Positions 20,601-32,690 of a DNA stretch of 64,000 bases are shown in pieces. The stretch comes from an uncultured bacterium (GTDB lineage: Bacteria; Krumholzibacteriota; Krumholzibacteriia; LZORAL124-64-63). The position numbers were made by a program, and so were the translations under genes. The stretch covers positions 64,001 through 128,000 of the forward strand of contig CAVSGO010000007.1 of the NCBI GenBank assembly GCA_963727525.1, in the 5' to 3' direction. Positions within the stretch are counted from its first letter, which is position 1. Each line of letters begins with the position of its first letter. Under the pieces are notes generated by a model. The model did no database searches. It had not been told where the DNA came from and was given only the letters and a program-made list of their open reading frames with translations.

Positions 20601-21509
20601 GTGATGAGCCATTTCAAGGGATGTTTGCGTGGGACCCTGCTCGGCTGTGGCGGCCTGATCGTGGTCGGTATCGTGGTTGCCGGTGTGGGGGCCATACTGG
20701 CCCACCGCGCGGTCGAGCGGCAGGAGATCGCCGATACCGAGCTGAATGCCCCGTCAATGACCGCCATGCCGGCGGTGGCGGACGCGCCAGTTCGCGCCGG
20801 TCGAGTGATCCTCGACCTGCACCAGGGCGAATTCCACATCCGTCCGGCCAAACCGGGCGAAGGCCTCCACGTCGAGGCCCGCTTCGACCAGAATTCTTAT
20901 GTGATCCAGGACAGCTACGAGGTCCTACCCGATTCCACCTGGGTCTATCGCGTCCATTACCGCCGCACGACGTCCGGTTTGCAAGCGCTGCTGGTCGCCC
21001 TGATGGACCATGGCACCGATTCGCGCGTCGATGTCTTCCTGCCCGTCGATGTCCCCATCGCTCTGGAGGTCAACTGCGAGGAAGGGGGCACCGAGGCCCA
21101 GTTCGGCGGCCTCTGGCTGACCGAGATCGACCTGCGTTACCGCAAGGGCGGTTTCGATCTGGGCATCGACGACCCGTTGCGCGAGCCGACGACGCTGCTG
21201 CGCATGAACGGCGCCATGGGCGGCTTCTCGGGCAACCATCTCGGCAACGCCAGTCCGGCTGTGCTGGACATTGACTGCGCCATGGGCGGTGCCGATATCG
21301 ATCTGCGCGGCAGCTGGCTGAACGACTGCGCCGCGCGCCTGAACGTGAAGATGGGCGGCATGTCGGTGCGTTTGCCGCGCGACGCCGATGTCGAGGGCAC
21401 TGCCGACGGCGGCGATACACTGCGGCTTGCCAATCCGGAGATCACGCTGCCGGTGTTGCGATTCTCGACAAGCGCGCACATGGGCAATATCGATTTCAGC
21501 GGCCGGTGA
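20601..21509 (+). CDS. membrane-anchored protein with LiaF/toast-rack-like beta repeats
   Basis: N-terminal GCL..GCGG plus TM helix; repeated xMGG motifs (GAMGG, CAMGG, VKMGG, AHMGN). Confidence 0.7.
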   Translation: MMSHFKGCLRGTLLGCGGLIVVGIVVAGVGAILAHRAVERQEIADTELNAPSMTAMPAVADAPVRAGRVILDLHQGEFHIRPAKPGEGLHVEARFDQNSYVIQDSYEVLPDSTWVYRVHYRRTTSGLQALLVALMDHGTDSRVDVFLPVDVPIALEVNCEEGGTEAQFGGLWLTEIDLRYRKGGFDLGIDDPLREPTTLLRMNGAMGGFSGNHLGNASPAVLDIDCAMGGADIDLRGSWLNDCAARLNVKMGGMSVRLPRDADVEGTADGGDTLRLANPEITLPVLRFSTSAHMGNIDFSGR

Positions 21510-21589
21510 GGTCGGCAGGTCCGGCCGACTAGGCTGGAGGGGATGGTGACGATGCCGGCCGTCCGGGCCGTATGATCGCCGATACGGCG

Positions 21590-22070
21590 GCCGCGGAGTA
21601 CAGGTGACGGCCGCGTCGACCGGCGGCCGGTCTGAGTAGAACAGGAACGTGGCGTCGCTCGAGCTCGGCATGCCGCAGCCGCCCGATGTGTCCGGGGTGA
21701 ACGTCACCGGGATCCCTTCCAGATCGCTATTGTGATCGCCATCGCACTCGAGGGCAGCCGTGTCGGCGAGGGTGCAGTTGTCCGGCTCGCCGATCCCCGC
21801 TCCGACGGGATCTGGCAGCACCAGGGCGGCTGCTGTGTCGTCGCAGGTGCACCCGCCATCGAAGGTGTCGATGCTCAGAACGAGATGATGGAGGTCTAGG
21901 TACGTGATCCACTGGACGTTGACGATGTAGGTTCAGGGCGGGAGGTCAGGGGTGTTCGTCGGCATGGCCGCGGACTCGGGTTGAATGTCGCAGATGGCGA
22001 AGGCCGACAACCCGCTCCCCACCTGAACCAGGAACACGAACGACAGGACGAAACGGCGCTTGGTAACGAG
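21590..22070 (-). pseudogene. decayed Cys-rich secreted protein
   Basis: Frame with internal stop: ..DLPP*TYIVNVQW..DGGCTCDD..PDNC..LECDGD..GGCG..FLFYSD. Confidence 0.35.
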
Positions 22071-22146
22071 ATCCCCCAAGCTGGCGTCGATACGCGGTGA
22101 GATGTCGATCAGGAGCCTTCATTGTATCGAATCGTGAAGGGGATTG

Positions 22147-22551
22147 TCAATTCTCGACCCTCACGGCCCGTAGCGCCTCAGTGACGGTTACCGGAAGAGC
22201 GACTTGATCGCGCCCCAATTCGCGGTCGATCTGTCGGTTGACGGTGGTGGAGCAGACGGCGAGATCGCGAGCGGCCTGGCGATTGGCCATCGCGCCGCAG
22301 GTCGTGGTCATGAGCTGGGGGAGGATGTCGGGTCGCTTGAGCCAGTAGTCCGGGGAGAAGGTCTGTGAACTGAAGGAGACGCGGCAGTGTAGGCAGAGAA
22401 ACCTGGGGATACGCTGGGTATGGGCCTGGCGGGTGAAGAAGCCGATGCGTTTGAATCGCCAGCCTGGCTGGAGTTCGCTGTGGAACAGGCAGTTATGGTT
22501 GGGGCAGAAGGGCGGCAGCCAGCTGGGATGGTGGGATTCGATGCACGCCAT
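22147..22551 (-). pseudogene. N-terminal zinc-ribbon/HTH fragment of a transposase (IS1/IS1595-like)
   Basis: PPFCPNHNC..PRFLCLHCRVSFSSQTF..RQAARDLAVCSTTV; no catalytic domain follows. Confidence 0.6.
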
Positions 22552-23133
22552 GGCCCCCGGCTAGGGCAAGCCGGAGGCCGGACACATTTTCGAGGGCACA
22601 ACCAAAGGAATCTATTCTCGGACGCGATTGAGATCGGGCCACCTTATTGGATTCGATATGCAATTGTCAATACGGCTGAAACCGTTCAAACCAGGCGCGA
22701 TCACGCGGCAAATTCGGTCGGGGTGCGGCGGTCGCGTTCAGTCCCATCGCCGCTCGAGAGCATGCAGCACCGTGCTCGCCGGGCCGGTCGTCTTTGTGAC
22801 TGCCGTCCGCAGCTTACCCCCCCCCAGCGCCGGCACGCCGCGGCACCGGTGGCGATGTCGGCGCGGTGGGGCGAGAACCAGGAATCGGCAGGCGAGCGGC
22901 GGGAAGGTCTGCGGTGCCGATGCGAGATTATGCGATCCGGTTCGATTGATGCCGAAATGATCAACTCGAGGTAGCTGGTCGCGAGGTCGCCGCATATTCC
23001 CGCAGCGACCGATCGACGAAGACGTGGTAAGATCGGAACGCCGTCTCGATAGGTTGGCGGGGATGGCGGGGGAAACATGATCTGCTTCTCGAAACACATT
23101 CCCATTCAAGTTATTCCGGCAAAGAGCTGACTC

Positions 23134-26100
23134 ATGCCCATGGATCCCGATCTATACCAGCGGTTGAAGGAACTCGTACAACGCGCACTCGATCTCGAGC
23201 CGGAAGACCGTCGGGCGTACCTCAGGCAAGCGTGTGGTTCCGACGAGACTCTCTATGACGGAGCGCTGAGTCTGTTGAACCAGGACGTCCCCGACGACGA
23301 CGATGCCGCGAAGATCGTCGCCGACGATCTTCACGATCTGGAAGGCCGCGCGGTCGGCCCCTACCAAATCGAGCGAAAGATCGGCGAGGGAGGTATGGGT
23401 ATCGTCTACCTTGCGACCCAGCGCGTCCCACTGCGCCGCCGTGTGGCGCTGAAGGTCATCAAGCTGGGGATGGATACCCGCGAAGTCGTGAGTCGTTTCG
23501 AATCCGAGAGGCAGGCGCTCGCACTCATGGCCCACCCGTGCATCGCCACGGTGCTGGACGCCGGCTCGACCGCGGCGGGCCGGCCGTATTTCGTGATGGA
23601 GTATATCGACGGTGTCCCGTTCACGCGCTATTGCCGGGAGCATCACTACGATCTGCGTCAGCGGCTCGATCTCTTTGTCCACGTTTGCCGTGGCGTGAGC
23701 CATGCCCACCTCCAGGGTGTGATCCACAGGGACCTCAAACCAGGCAACATCCTGGTGACGGAGGTCGAGGGCCGGCCGGTTCCGAAGATCATCGATTTCG
23801 GTGTGGCGAAGGCGACACGGCACCAACTTTCGGAGCAATCGACCTTCACGCAGCCGGGCCGCATGGTCGGCACGCCGGAATATATGAGTCCCGAGCAGGC
23901 CAGTGGAACCTTGCCCGATGTCGACACGCGTAGCGACGTGTACTCGCTTGGCGTGGTCCTCTACGAACTGTTGACCGGGGAATTGCCCATCGGCCGCAAT
24001 GACCTCCTTCACGCGGGCCGGGACCGGATCGGAGAGGCGGTTCGCGAGCGAGTCCCCCGCAAGCCGAGCAGCCGGATTTCCGACGCGCCAGAGGAGTCGA
24101 AGAGCGGATTACCGGGCGGGTCTTCGCACACCCGGTTCTGGGCCAGGCGGGTCACAGGCGATCTCGACTGGATCACCATGAAGGCGCTCGAGAAGGAACG
24201 CAGCCGGCGGTACCAGTCGGTAGCCGACCTGGCGGACGACATCGTGCGTCACCTCGAGCACCGGGCGGTGGGCGCGGGGCCCCCCAGCGGCGTCTATCGG
24301 GTGAAGAAATTCGTGCGGCGCAACCGGTTGGGAGTCTCGATCGCGGCCGTCTTGCTGCTGCTGCTGGTCGGCTTCGGGATCTGGCAGACGCTCCAGTCGC
24401 GCACGATCGCTCGCGAACGAAATCTGGCCGTGGCCAATGAACGCCTTTCGCTGGCCCGGGGATGGGTTGAACGCGATCCGACCGTGGCGCTCGCATACGC
24501 GCTCTCGAGTCTCGAGATCCTGGACCAGCCGGGAACCCGCGAGGTCGTGCGACAGGCGATCGCAAGTGGACCGATCCGCGACGAGTTTCCTCGCTGGGGG
24601 CAGAGAGGTAACCCCATCACTGTCGACGCCAGCTCCGACGGCCGCCTTTGTGCCGTGGCCTGGTCGCAGTCGGAACATCCGACCGTGGGGATCTACGATC
24701 TCAACGATCTCACGATGAGAGTGCTGACCGACTCTAGCCGCGGAATCGTCTACGAGGCCGTTCTCAATGCTGACGCGAGCCAGGTCATAGGCAAAGGGGA
24801 AGGCGGATTGCATGTGTGGCGGGTGGCCAATGGCGAGCATCGATTCCACTTGCCCGAAATCCAGCGGTTTGCGACCAGCCGTATCTTCCGGCTAAGCGAT
24901 CCGGATCTGGTCGCCATCTGCGGCAACGACAAGGACCGGCCTACTCGCTGGTTCACGTTGCACCTGAGCGATGGACGTCTCTCGGACCTTGGTGAATCTC
25001 ATGGCGCGCTCCGAACCCTCTCGCTGTCGCACGCGCCGGCAATCGATCCGACGGGGAACTGGGTGCTCGATTACGACGGCCGTGACGTCTTTTTGCAACG
25101 ATTGCATGACCCGGGAAACGCGGGGACCATCCTGGTCGGTCGGCACAACGCGCCGATCTCGGGGGTGGCCATGGACGGGGATCACCGCTTCGCAGCAGCC
25201 GCGGACCTGGAGGGGACGATCGAGGTCTGGGACCTGACGGTATCTCCACCCCGTTCGATGTGCACCTACCAGGAACGGCCAGGCGAGTACTTCCTGGAAT
25301 TCGATCCTACCGGCGAACGGCTCTTCTCGGCGTGGGGTTCGGAGTCCCTCAACGTGTACGACTTCATGGCACTTCCGCCACGGCAACGGCTGCAGACTCG
25401 GGACCGGACGCAGTGGACCCACGATGGTTCGTTCCTGCCTGATGGTTCGGTTCTGGCGGCCCGCAACGGTGTTGCGACCGGTCCGCTCGCGCGCTGGCGC
25501 CTGCGAGGGCCGGTGGCGTGGAGAATTGGGCTGGTGTCGATGCCCGGCGCGGCCGCGACCTGCCAGCTCGCACAGGATGGCCAAACCCTGTTCACATGGT
25601 CGAGCAATGGCGAGATCCGTGGTATCCCGCTGGCGGCTGGAGTCACCCAGGATATCGGGCTCATCGGCCGGGTGGGTGCTCACTATGGAGGATTGGAACA
25701 GGCATTCCTGCTCGACACGCGGCAACGACGTGGATTGGTGCTCTGTCAAGCGACCGGCGGTGCCTTGGCATACGATTTCGCCACCAGCTCCATTCACGCG
25801 ATCGCCGGGCTGGCAGACGACGCCGTCCCCATGACCATGAGCACAAGTGGGAAGCTCGTCGGCTGCGTGAATCTCGAAGGCGACCTCGAAACGAGCATCG
25901 TCGATCTGGACTCGCTGCGCGTTGTGGCCACGATCGAACTGGGGAATCGCCGACCCGAGAGCCTATGTTTCGCCGGCGATTCCCTGCTCGTCGCCTGCGG
26001 TGACGATCACCTCGCCCGATTCGATCTGAAGCATCCACTGGCCGCCCCCGACACGCTGTGGCGAGGTGACGCTTCGCGGTGGGGCGTCGCGCTCGACGAG

Positions 26101-26550
26101 GCGCGCTCTCTCGCGGTCGTGGATGCCGAACTCAACCTCACGTGGATCGATCTCACATCGGCCCGTCACGTTCCGCTGGGCACGCTGCCCTCGGCGAAAA
26201 TCAGAGCAGTCGATTACGATCCGGCGCAGGGGTTGCTGGCTGTCGGCGGTTGGTGGGACACGATTCACGTATTCGACGTGACGACAGGTACCGCATGGCA
26301 GCTCCCAGCCCCGGGAGAGGGCCGCCGCTTGACGAGCTTCGTCGCCATAGATCCAGGCGGCCGCTGGCTGATCTCGGTTCACAAGGACCAGTTCGTGGCC
26401 TGGTCATTACCCCTCGATCCTCTATTCACGGACCTGGACTGTTCTGACCTTCTGGCCAGGCTGCGGGCCGCGACGAATGTCCGGGTGTTTCCCGATCGGG
26501 ATCAAGCCGACGGTTTCGATATCCGGCCCGTCGTTCCGGCGGCTCGATAG
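23134..26550 (+). CDS. Hanks-type Ser/Thr protein kinase with TM helix and WD40-like C-terminus
   Basis: [45 protein letters not shown] near aa 400; beta-propeller repeats. Confidence 0.95.
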   Translation: MPMDPDLYQRLKELVQRALDLEPEDRRAYLRQACGSDETLYDGALSLLNQDVPDDDDAAKIVADDLHDLEGRAVGPYQIERKIGEGGMGIVYLATQRVPLRRRVALKVIKLGMDTREVVSRFESERQALALMAHPCIATVLDAGSTAAGRPYFVMEYIDGVPFTRYCREHHYDLRQRLDLFVHVCRGVSHAHLQGVIHRDLKPGNILVTEVEGRPVPKIIDFGVAKATRHQLSEQSTFTQPGRMVGTPEYMSPEQASGTLPDVDTRSDVYSLGVVLYELLTGELPIGRNDLLHAGRDRIGEAVRERVPRKPSSRISDAPEESKSGLPGGSSHTRFWARRVTGDLDWITMKALEKERSRRYQSVADLADDIVRHLEHRAVGAGPPSGVYRVKKFVRRNRLGVSIAAVLLLLLVGFGIWQTLQSRTIARERNLAVANERLSLARGWVERDPTVALAYALSSLEILDQPGTREVVRQAIASGPIRDEFPRWGQRGNPITVDASSDGRLCAVAWSQSEHPTVGIYDLNDLTMRVLTDSSRGIVYEAVLNADASQVIGKGEGGLHVWRVANGEHRFHLPEIQRFATSRIFRLSDPDLVAICGNDKDRPTRWFTLHLSDGRLSDLGESHGALRTLSLSHAPAIDPTGNWVLDYDGRDVFLQRLHDPGNAGTILVGRHNAPISGVAMDGDHRFAAAADLEGTIEVWDLTVSPPRSMCTYQERPGEYFLEFDPTGERLFSAWGSESLNVYDFMALPPRQRLQTRDRTQWTHDGSFLPDGSVLAARNGVATGPLARWRLRGPVAWRIGLVSMPGAAATCQLAQDGQTLFTWSSNGEIRGIPLAAGVTQDIGLIGRVGAHYGGLEQAFLLDTRQRRGLVLCQATGGALAYDFATSSIHAIAGLADDAVPMTMSTSGKLVGCVNLEGDLETSIVDLDSLRVVATIELGNRRPESLCFAGDSLLVACGDDHLARFDLKHPLAAPDTLWRGDASRWGVALDEARSLAVVDAELNLTWIDLTSARHVPLGTLPSAKIRAVDYDPAQGLLAVGGWWDTIHVFDVTTGTAWQLPAPGEGRRLTSFVAIDPGGRWLISVHKDQFVAWSLPLDPLFTDLDCSDLLARLRAATNVRVFPDRDQADGFDIRPVVPAAR

Positions 26551-26567
26551 GGGTACCCGGGGACGGA

Positions 26568-27143
26568 TCACGAACTCGCGAGTTCCCGGTACAACCACCG
26601 GATGGCAAACTGCCAGTCCTTCTGGATCGTACGGCTCGTGACCCCCACGAGGGCCGCGATTTCTTCCAGGCTCAAGCCCCCGAAGATCCGTAACTCCACG
26701 ACCTCGACAGCTCGTGGATCCAGTTCACCCAGCTGATCCAGTGCCTCGTGCAGCGCGATGACGTCGAGCAGTTCGAGACGGGGTATATCTGGCAGTCCGG
26801 CAAGTGTGACGCGCTGGCGGCCTCCCCCCCGCTTGACGGCATCGCGACGCCGGGCGTGGTCGACCAGAACCTGTCGCATGGTGCGAGCAGCGATGTTCAC
26901 AAAGTGCGCCCGGCTATCCGCTGGCAGGTTGTCCACGTCGAATAGTCGCAGGTATGCCTCATTGACGAGTGCCGTGGGCTGGAGCGTGTGGTCGGGACGC
27001 TCCGTCGCCATGATACGTCCGGCGATCGCCCTCAACTCGGCTTGGCAGTTGGAGAACAGATCGCGGAGGTCCGTCGGCGATAGAAATCCAAGCGTCAATG
27101 ACGCCAGCTGGCGGGTATTTACGGCACGGGTTTCATCGGACAT
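26568..27143 (-). CDS. ECF sigma factor, kinase-associated TIGR02999/ECF43-like
   Basis: HTLQPTALVNEAYLRL, MRQVLVDHARRR..KRGG, VELRIFGGL..EIA; likely start MSDET at 27143. Confidence 0.9.
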   Translation of the reverse strand: MSDETRAVNTRQLASLTLGFLSPTDLRDLFSNCQAELRAIAGRIMATERPDHTLQPTALVNEAYLRLFDVDNLPADSRAHFVNIAARTMRQVLVDHARRRDAVKRGGGRQRVTLAGLPDIPRLELLDVIALHEALDQLGELDPRAVEVVELRIFGGLSLEEIAALVGVTSRTIQKDWQFAIRWLYRELASS

Positions 27144-27289
27144 TGCGTGCGACTCCGGTATGAGGCGCGAAAACCGAGTTTCTATCCTAGCCCACGGATG
27201 GCCAGGATACAACGGTGCAGCGACTCGGATCCGCGAGCCCGAGTTGCCGACGCCCGGCGAGGCCGCCCTGGGGACGGAACCCCGGGGCG

Positions 27290-28394
27290 GCCGGCAAGCG
27301 GCAATCAGCAGATCGATGTGGCCGAATTCCAGGGCCGGGCTAGACCCGGTCTGGACGACTAGCCGCGTCACATCGTTGCTGCCGAGCAGATCCACGCTGG
27401 CGGACGTGTACCCGCCCAGACCGCCGGCGGCATCGATCGCGAGAACGGGCACCGCGACCTGAGCCAGGTCGTCGTCGTAGGGAAGGTCAGCGTACGCTCC
27501 GATGAGGCGGGTTTGGTCCAGTTCGAACGCCGTGGCGCCGAACGGCTCGCCGCTGGCCAAAAAGTTCAACCACCGCTCGGCCGTCGTGAACTGGAATCCC
27601 GTCGGCAGATCGTTCGTATCGAACACGCCGGCGACGAAGTGTCCGGTGAATGGATCGCCAAAGATGGAACCTGCGCCCACGGCAAGTGCGAACTGGAAAT
27701 TCGTCAGCCCGGGCACGATAGGAGACTCACCGTCAGGGTCGGTCTGGGCCGGTTCCGCGATGGTCGAGAAGCCGCTCGAGTACGAGTACTGGCCGGTATC
27801 CATGTTCGCAGGTCGTCGATCTGATGCTGCATGTCCCAGTCCGCCATGAAATCGAAGTTGTGAGGTCCGACGGCAACAGTGCCCAGCCCAGATCGATGCC
27901 CCAGACGTCGACGTCATGGGCGGCAAGAAACGGCGCTATGCCGTCGTCCGTAGGCGTCGAAGCCGAGTTGGGGCCCGGCGCGAAACACCCGACGAAATCC
28001 TTGTAGTCGCCGTGGACCATGAAGAGGGACGTCCCGGTTCGGATCGGGCGATGCGGCCGTCTCTCCCTGACGATCCGGTGGATGCCGATCACACCGTGTT
28101 CACCGGGCCCGACCCGCACCGGAAGGAGTAGTGAGCCACATCGCCGCCAATCACCTCTCGGGATCAGTCGTCGATCCAGACGAATTGCTCGGCGTTGCGG
28201 TCGGGAATCTCCGCATCCTCACCAAACTCCCAGCCCGAAACCAGCATGATCTGATCGGCCACCTGTGCGGGGTCAAGGTTTGAGGAGATGATGGTTGATT
28301 CGAGGACGATGGGGCCCGTAGCCGGATCGTTCTGGCCGCCCGCAACGAGCGCGATGAGCGCGGCGAGGCCGACGAGAACGCGACGAGTATCCAT
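27290..28394 (-). pseudogene. decayed alpha/beta-hydrolase-like secreted protein
   Basis: Signal peptide, in-frame TGA at 28164, LFMVHG..DVDVWGID, frameshift at ~27850, VPVLAI..FGHIDL. Confidence 0.65.
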
Positions 28395-28688
28395 GGGCAA
28401 CCTCCCAAGATTCATGGCGATGAGAGGTCAGGGACGAGGTGTCTCATGGATGACTGCGAAGTGCGGGAACGAAACTGGAACCGGTCTCGCACTCCATGAT
28501 CACCGCCCGCGGTGCGCGCCCCCGGCAGATCCCGCTTCGCGATAGAGGCACGAATTGCGCAAGTACCCTGGCAGGGTTCGCGTTGAACCCGCCGTTCTCA
28601 GCACCGCGCCCATCATACCCGTACGTGCGGGACTGGCCCATCAGTGTGCCGAGAGCTCGCAAGTCATACGCTTCGCGGAGGTAAGTCC

Positions 28689-29477
28689 ATGCGAACGATC
28701 TGGATAGTGGCAATATTGTGCCTTGTGGCGTCTTTCGTGGCCGGCTGCTCGAACGATGCGGCTAGCGATCCGTCGGCTCCTGGCGAGGTTCGCCCGGCGC
28801 CCAGCGTCGCGGACAAGTGCGGCGGCAGCCCGGCAGTCTTTCCGCCTGACGCCCATCCCGGCGGCAACTCCTATGCAGCCTGGTCGACACTGGCGTGGCA
28901 GTGGCTCGCGTCCTGCCCCCTCGACCACAATCCCGCGCTGGATGAAACAGGTGAAGACATGGACTATCTGCAGTCCGGCTCAGTGTGGTATCTCGTGGCG
29001 AACTTCACTGGAGGTCAGACCATCCGCACGGGGATCGTGCCGACGGGAACGATGCTGTACCTCAGTTTGATCGGGTTCGAGGCCTCGACCCTGGAAGGTC
29101 TCGGCGAGACCGAAGCGGAGCTTCGGGCTGCCGCGGCTGGCGCGATCGATATCGTCACCAATTTGAGTTGCGAGATCGACGGCGAGCCCGTCCCTGACCT
29201 GGAAGACTATCGGTTCACGAGCCCCGAGTTGTTCTGCTTGACCGTGCCCGAAGACAACGTCTTTGACCTCTGGATCCCGGATACCGACACACCCGCGGGC
29301 ACCTACTATCCGAGCGTCGCCGACGGCTACTACCTCATGGTGCCGCCGCTGTCAGCCGGCGAACACACGATACACTGGCACGCCGAGATTCCCGATTTCG
29401 GTTACACACCTGACATTACATACAACATCACCGTCGTCGGCGGCCACCACCACCACCGACACCATCATCACCGCTAG
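28689..29477 (+). CDS. hypothetical lipoprotein with C-terminal poly-His tail
   Basis: GGAGG RBS, VAGC lipobox, AWQWL..NP..D.TG..QSGSVWYL, ends GGHHHHRHHHHR. Confidence 0.85.
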   Translation: MRTIWIVAILCLVASFVAGCSNDAASDPSAPGEVRPAPSVADKCGGSPAVFPPDAHPGGNSYAAWSTLAWQWLASCPLDHNPALDETGEDMDYLQSGSVWYLVANFTGGQTIRTGIVPTGTMLYLSLIGFEASTLEGLGETEAELRAAAAGAIDIVTNLSCEIDGEPVPDLEDYRFTSPELFCLTVPEDNVFDLWIPDTDTPAGTYYPSVADGYYLMVPPLSAGEHTIHWHAEIPDFGYTPDITYNITVVGGHHHHRHHHHR

Positions 29478-30382
29478 AAGTTCGGGCGGCCCGCGGCGCT
29501 CGGTGTAGCGCCGCGGCGCCGTGCGTCCTCGTCGCCTGGTTGCGGTTTGATTGCTACCGGCGTGCCATCGGGCACGTATCGATAGAGTTCGCGGATATCG
29601 GAAATGGTCAGGGAAATGGCGCCAAGCGTCCGTTCGTAGCAGGTCGTGAGCGAGGCGGGATCGAGGTCGCCGGCGGTTCACTTTCCATATCGAGGTGTCC
29701 ACGGACGCGGTGGCGGAGCGTTCGTCGTCCGCCGAGCGCGCTACGCAATTGCCTGCGCGACGGCATCCCGGATCATGGCTTAGCCCGCGTGCGCAGCGAG
29801 GCCGGGCGCCGGCTGCTGGGGGAGAACGCCAGCGCACGGTGGGCAGTGTGATTTGGCGGGCAGAGCTGATGTCAGGGGCGGACGCCATACCGCATGATGC
29901 CTACACCCATACTCCACACCCCATACCCCACTGCAAAGATCGAGCCGTGTAGTTGCGCGCCATGAGCATTCATGGCTTGAATACCAGCTGGCGCCTTCGT
30001 TCTCAGGACGGGCAGGATATGGTACCATGGTACGGCTTGCTGTTGCCGTCTCGCCGAAGGTAGAGTCATGAGTCGATTCATCTGCAACTTTGACGGCAGG
30101 TTCGCGTTGTCGCTGCGGTTCATACTTTCGCTCATCGCCGTTGGGTCCGGCCTGGCCCACGCCGATTTCGTGTTCGTGCCCGATACCGATCAGCTGCCGC
30201 TATACGTGGACAGTTTTCCCAAAGCGATCGTCGCCGGCCAATTCGCAGGCGATGAGCGACCGATGCGGGCGCATCGCATTGGGCCGGCGTCTGTCAATTC
30301 TTCGCGTGGGGATGGGGGGCCAGGACAATCGTCGCCAGATTGGGTGATCTGCGCCATCGGTGCGGCGTTTATCAGTTCAATT

Positions 30383-31804
30383 CACTGCTGTCCTAAACAG
30401 GACAGGGTTGTCGCACCGACCCCCGATTTGTATCGACTTACCCGCCTGAGATTCCAAAACGTGGGATGAGGTTGCCCTCTTTTACCGTGCTCTGCCCTGC
30501 CCCTGTTTTACTCGGCTGTCCAAATCAGCGTAGGTTCAGCTCCATCTGCTCTGGTAGCGGTGTCAGCGGTGGTGTCCGGAACGGATCATCGAGCCAGTCC
30601 CTCAACTCCCTGTACGTGAACAGGTTCAGCCTCAGCATGGCCGCCAAATTCGACAACGACCAGTTGGCCTTCGACAGGTGGTGCAGCCACTTCAGCAGGA
30701 GCATCGCGATCAGTGCTGTCCAAATCTGGATGCGTAGAGCGTTCTCGCTCGTGCCGACGAAGCTGCGCACCTTGAGGTTCTGCTTCAGCGCCTTGAAGAA
30801 CAGCTCGATCTGCCAGCGCTCTTTGTAGATGTCAGCGATCGTCGTGGCACCGAAGTCGAGGTGATTGGTGAGCAAGACGATCTCGCGTTCGTTCAGGCAA
30901 TCCCAGACGACAATGCGGCGCAGGTAGCAGGGGCACTTCTTCTCGGCCTGCGGTCCGGCAAGTGCGATCACTTCGTCGGACAGGATGTTGCGGTTGACGG
31001 GAACAGGGAAGCTCTGGACCACCTCGTAGACGGCGTTGGCCTTCATCCGGGTCACGAAGTAGATCCCCTCTTCGGTCCAGCGGGCGAACTGTCCGTAGTC
31101 GTTGTACGCACGGTCCATGGCCACGATCGAACCAGGCTGCAGCTTCAAGGAGTTGAGCACCTTGGCATCGTGCATCTTCGCCTCGCTGATCAGCACATAC
31201 GACGGCAGGTAGTCCGTGTGGTTGAGCAGGACATGGGCTTTGACCCCTCCTTTGGCTCGGCGGAACTTCGCCCAGGGAAACAGCGCCAGGCAGAGGGTGA
31301 TCGTCGTCGAGTCCAGCGACAGCAGCTTGTTCTTGAAGCGGAACTTGTGCTTGCGGCCGCCGAACCGCCCTTCGCTGCGGAAGCGGTCCGTCATCGCCCA
31401 GAACAGGTCCTCGAACATCGCGGCAGGACGATGGGCGTTGGCGTAGGACAGGTTGGACTTGGTCGGTTTGCGGGCGATACCCAGATGGACGAGTTTGCCG
31501 AGGCAACAGGCCAAGCCATTGCAGATCTCCCGCAGGGAGTCGGCTTGAGCCATCTGACAGAACAGCATCGCCGTCAACTGGGCCCAGCAGGTAAAGCCCT
31601 TGGCATGGCGTTCCCCCTGGTGCTGGCGGACCAAACTGGCGAACTCGTTGCGGGGAATCTGCTGCAGAAGTTGACCGAACAGGCTGGATGACCGTACCAT
31701 CGGGATGCCCTCCGGGTGAGAAGTGAATCTGGTCTCTTGGTCGAAACCGATTCTCTCACAAGCCCGGGGGGCCTTCAACTCAAGGGCTGTTTAGGACAAG
31801 AGTG
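30383..31804 (-). mobile_element. complete IS4-family insertion sequence (1422 bp)
   Basis: 18-bp terminal IRs CACTGCTGTCCTAAACAG / CTGTTTAGGACAAGAGTG (16/18); 9-bp target duplication AGTTCAATT at 30374-30382 and 31805-31813. Confidence 0.95.
30525..31700 (-). CDS. IS4 family DDE transposase
   Basis: SLREI, SLDSTTI, GGVKAH, AMDRAY, YKERWQIELFFKALKQ (YREK); uninterrupted. Confidence 0.95.
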   Translation of the reverse strand: MVRSSSLFGQLLQQIPRNEFASLVRQHQGERHAKGFTCWAQLTAMLFCQMAQADSLREICNGLACCLGKLVHLGIARKPTKSNLSYANAHRPAAMFEDLFWAMTDRFRSEGRFGGRKHKFRFKNKLLSLDSTTITLCLALFPWAKFRRAKGGVKAHVLLNHTDYLPSYVLISEAKMHDAKVLNSLKLQPGSIVAMDRAYNDYGQFARWTEEGIYFVTRMKANAVYEVVQSFPVPVNRNILSDEVIALAGPQAEKKCPCYLRRIVVWDCLNEREIVLLTNHLDFGATTIADIYKERWQIELFFKALKQNLKVRSFVGTSENALRIQIWTALIAMLLLKWLHHLSKANWSLSNLAAMLRLNLFTYRELRDWLDDPFRTPPLTPLPEQMELNLR

Positions 31805-31859
31805 AGTTCAATTTTCGGAGAGCAGCAGATCGGTTGTGCGATCGCTGACCACCCCGGCA

Positions 31860-32421
31860 ACGGCGGACCCCTTCTGAACGAGCTACTCGCCCCACTGCGC
31901 AAACACCGCCACCGGAATTGCGAGGTGCTGGCCCGGGGGTGAGCCTACGCGCGGCGGTGACGCAGACAGCCGGTCCCGCAGGTTCTTGAGTGCGCACGTG
32001 AGGTGATTGATATGGCGGACGCGTCCGAGCCACGCCCCAAGGCGTCACGCAGCAGGGATCTGTTGCTGGCCCTCTCACTGCCGCAGGGGAACTGCAGTTT
32101 GCGCAAGCGAGCGGCCCGGAGATCTGGGACGACGTGGATCAGGCGGTGAGCCCGCCGGACGAGAGCTGAGAACTCGGGACCTGAGACCGCACAGCAGCGG
32201 GACCAGGCAATCGGCCGGTGGGAGCAGTATGGGCGTCGAGCGCAAAATCACACGAACCGGCTCACGGAACGATGTAATGAGCCGGTCGCGAGGGGCAGGT
32301 CGTGACGTTCAGGGGCGATTCTCGCGCGAGCACCCCGTGAAAGTGCGGGAGAATCGAGATTTTGCGGCGGAATGTTGCCGGAAACCGCGGTTCGAAAAGG
32401 CCGTCAATGTTACCTATGCGC
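31860..32421 (+). mobile_element. IS91/ISCR-like remnant (copy E) with oriIS-like end
   Basis: 31885-31980 aligns with 13694-13790; 32161-32222 with 14099-14160; ends GTTCGAAAAGGCCGTCAATGTTACCTATGCGC. Confidence 0.8.
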
Positions 32422-32663
32422 TCGCCCTCGAGGACGGCTGGACCACGTTGATCGGTCTGGCCATGGTAATCGTGACTACCGGGGCACGTGCGCGGACGTG
32501 GTCTGGTCGCCGTCAGGCTTCGCCGTCGGCATACCGACACGCCGACGAACAAGAAGTGACCGTCCCGGTCGATCAATCCGCGGGTATTGGCGAGGGTGCG
32601 ACCGCGCGTGGAATTCGGAGATGTCCCGATGTACCTGGCTGAAAAATCCTAGATAAATAGTAG

Positions 32664-32690
32664 TCAAGGAGCCTCACGGTGCGCCGATCA
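32664..32690 (+). promoter_or_regulatory. sigma28 (FliA)-type promoter
   Basis: TCAA-15 bp-GCCGATCA versus consensus TAAA-N15-GCCGATAA, upstream of a chemoreceptor gene. Confidence 0.65.

Noticed and set aside
26568-27926. 452-aa hydrolase-sigma fusion ORF in the track
   Set aside because: Chance read-through from a decayed hydrolase into the ECF gene, which has its own start at 27143.
167-28166. In-frame TGA codons (167, 7275, 28164) as stop-codon reassignment or selenocysteine
   Set aside because: Intact genes such as pyrR, pyrB and pyrC end in TGA, and the affected genes carry other lesions.
29886-29930. CCATAC/ACACCC low-complexity run as another ori-end duplication
   Set aside because: The conserved ~100-bp ori-proximal sequence is absent upstream.
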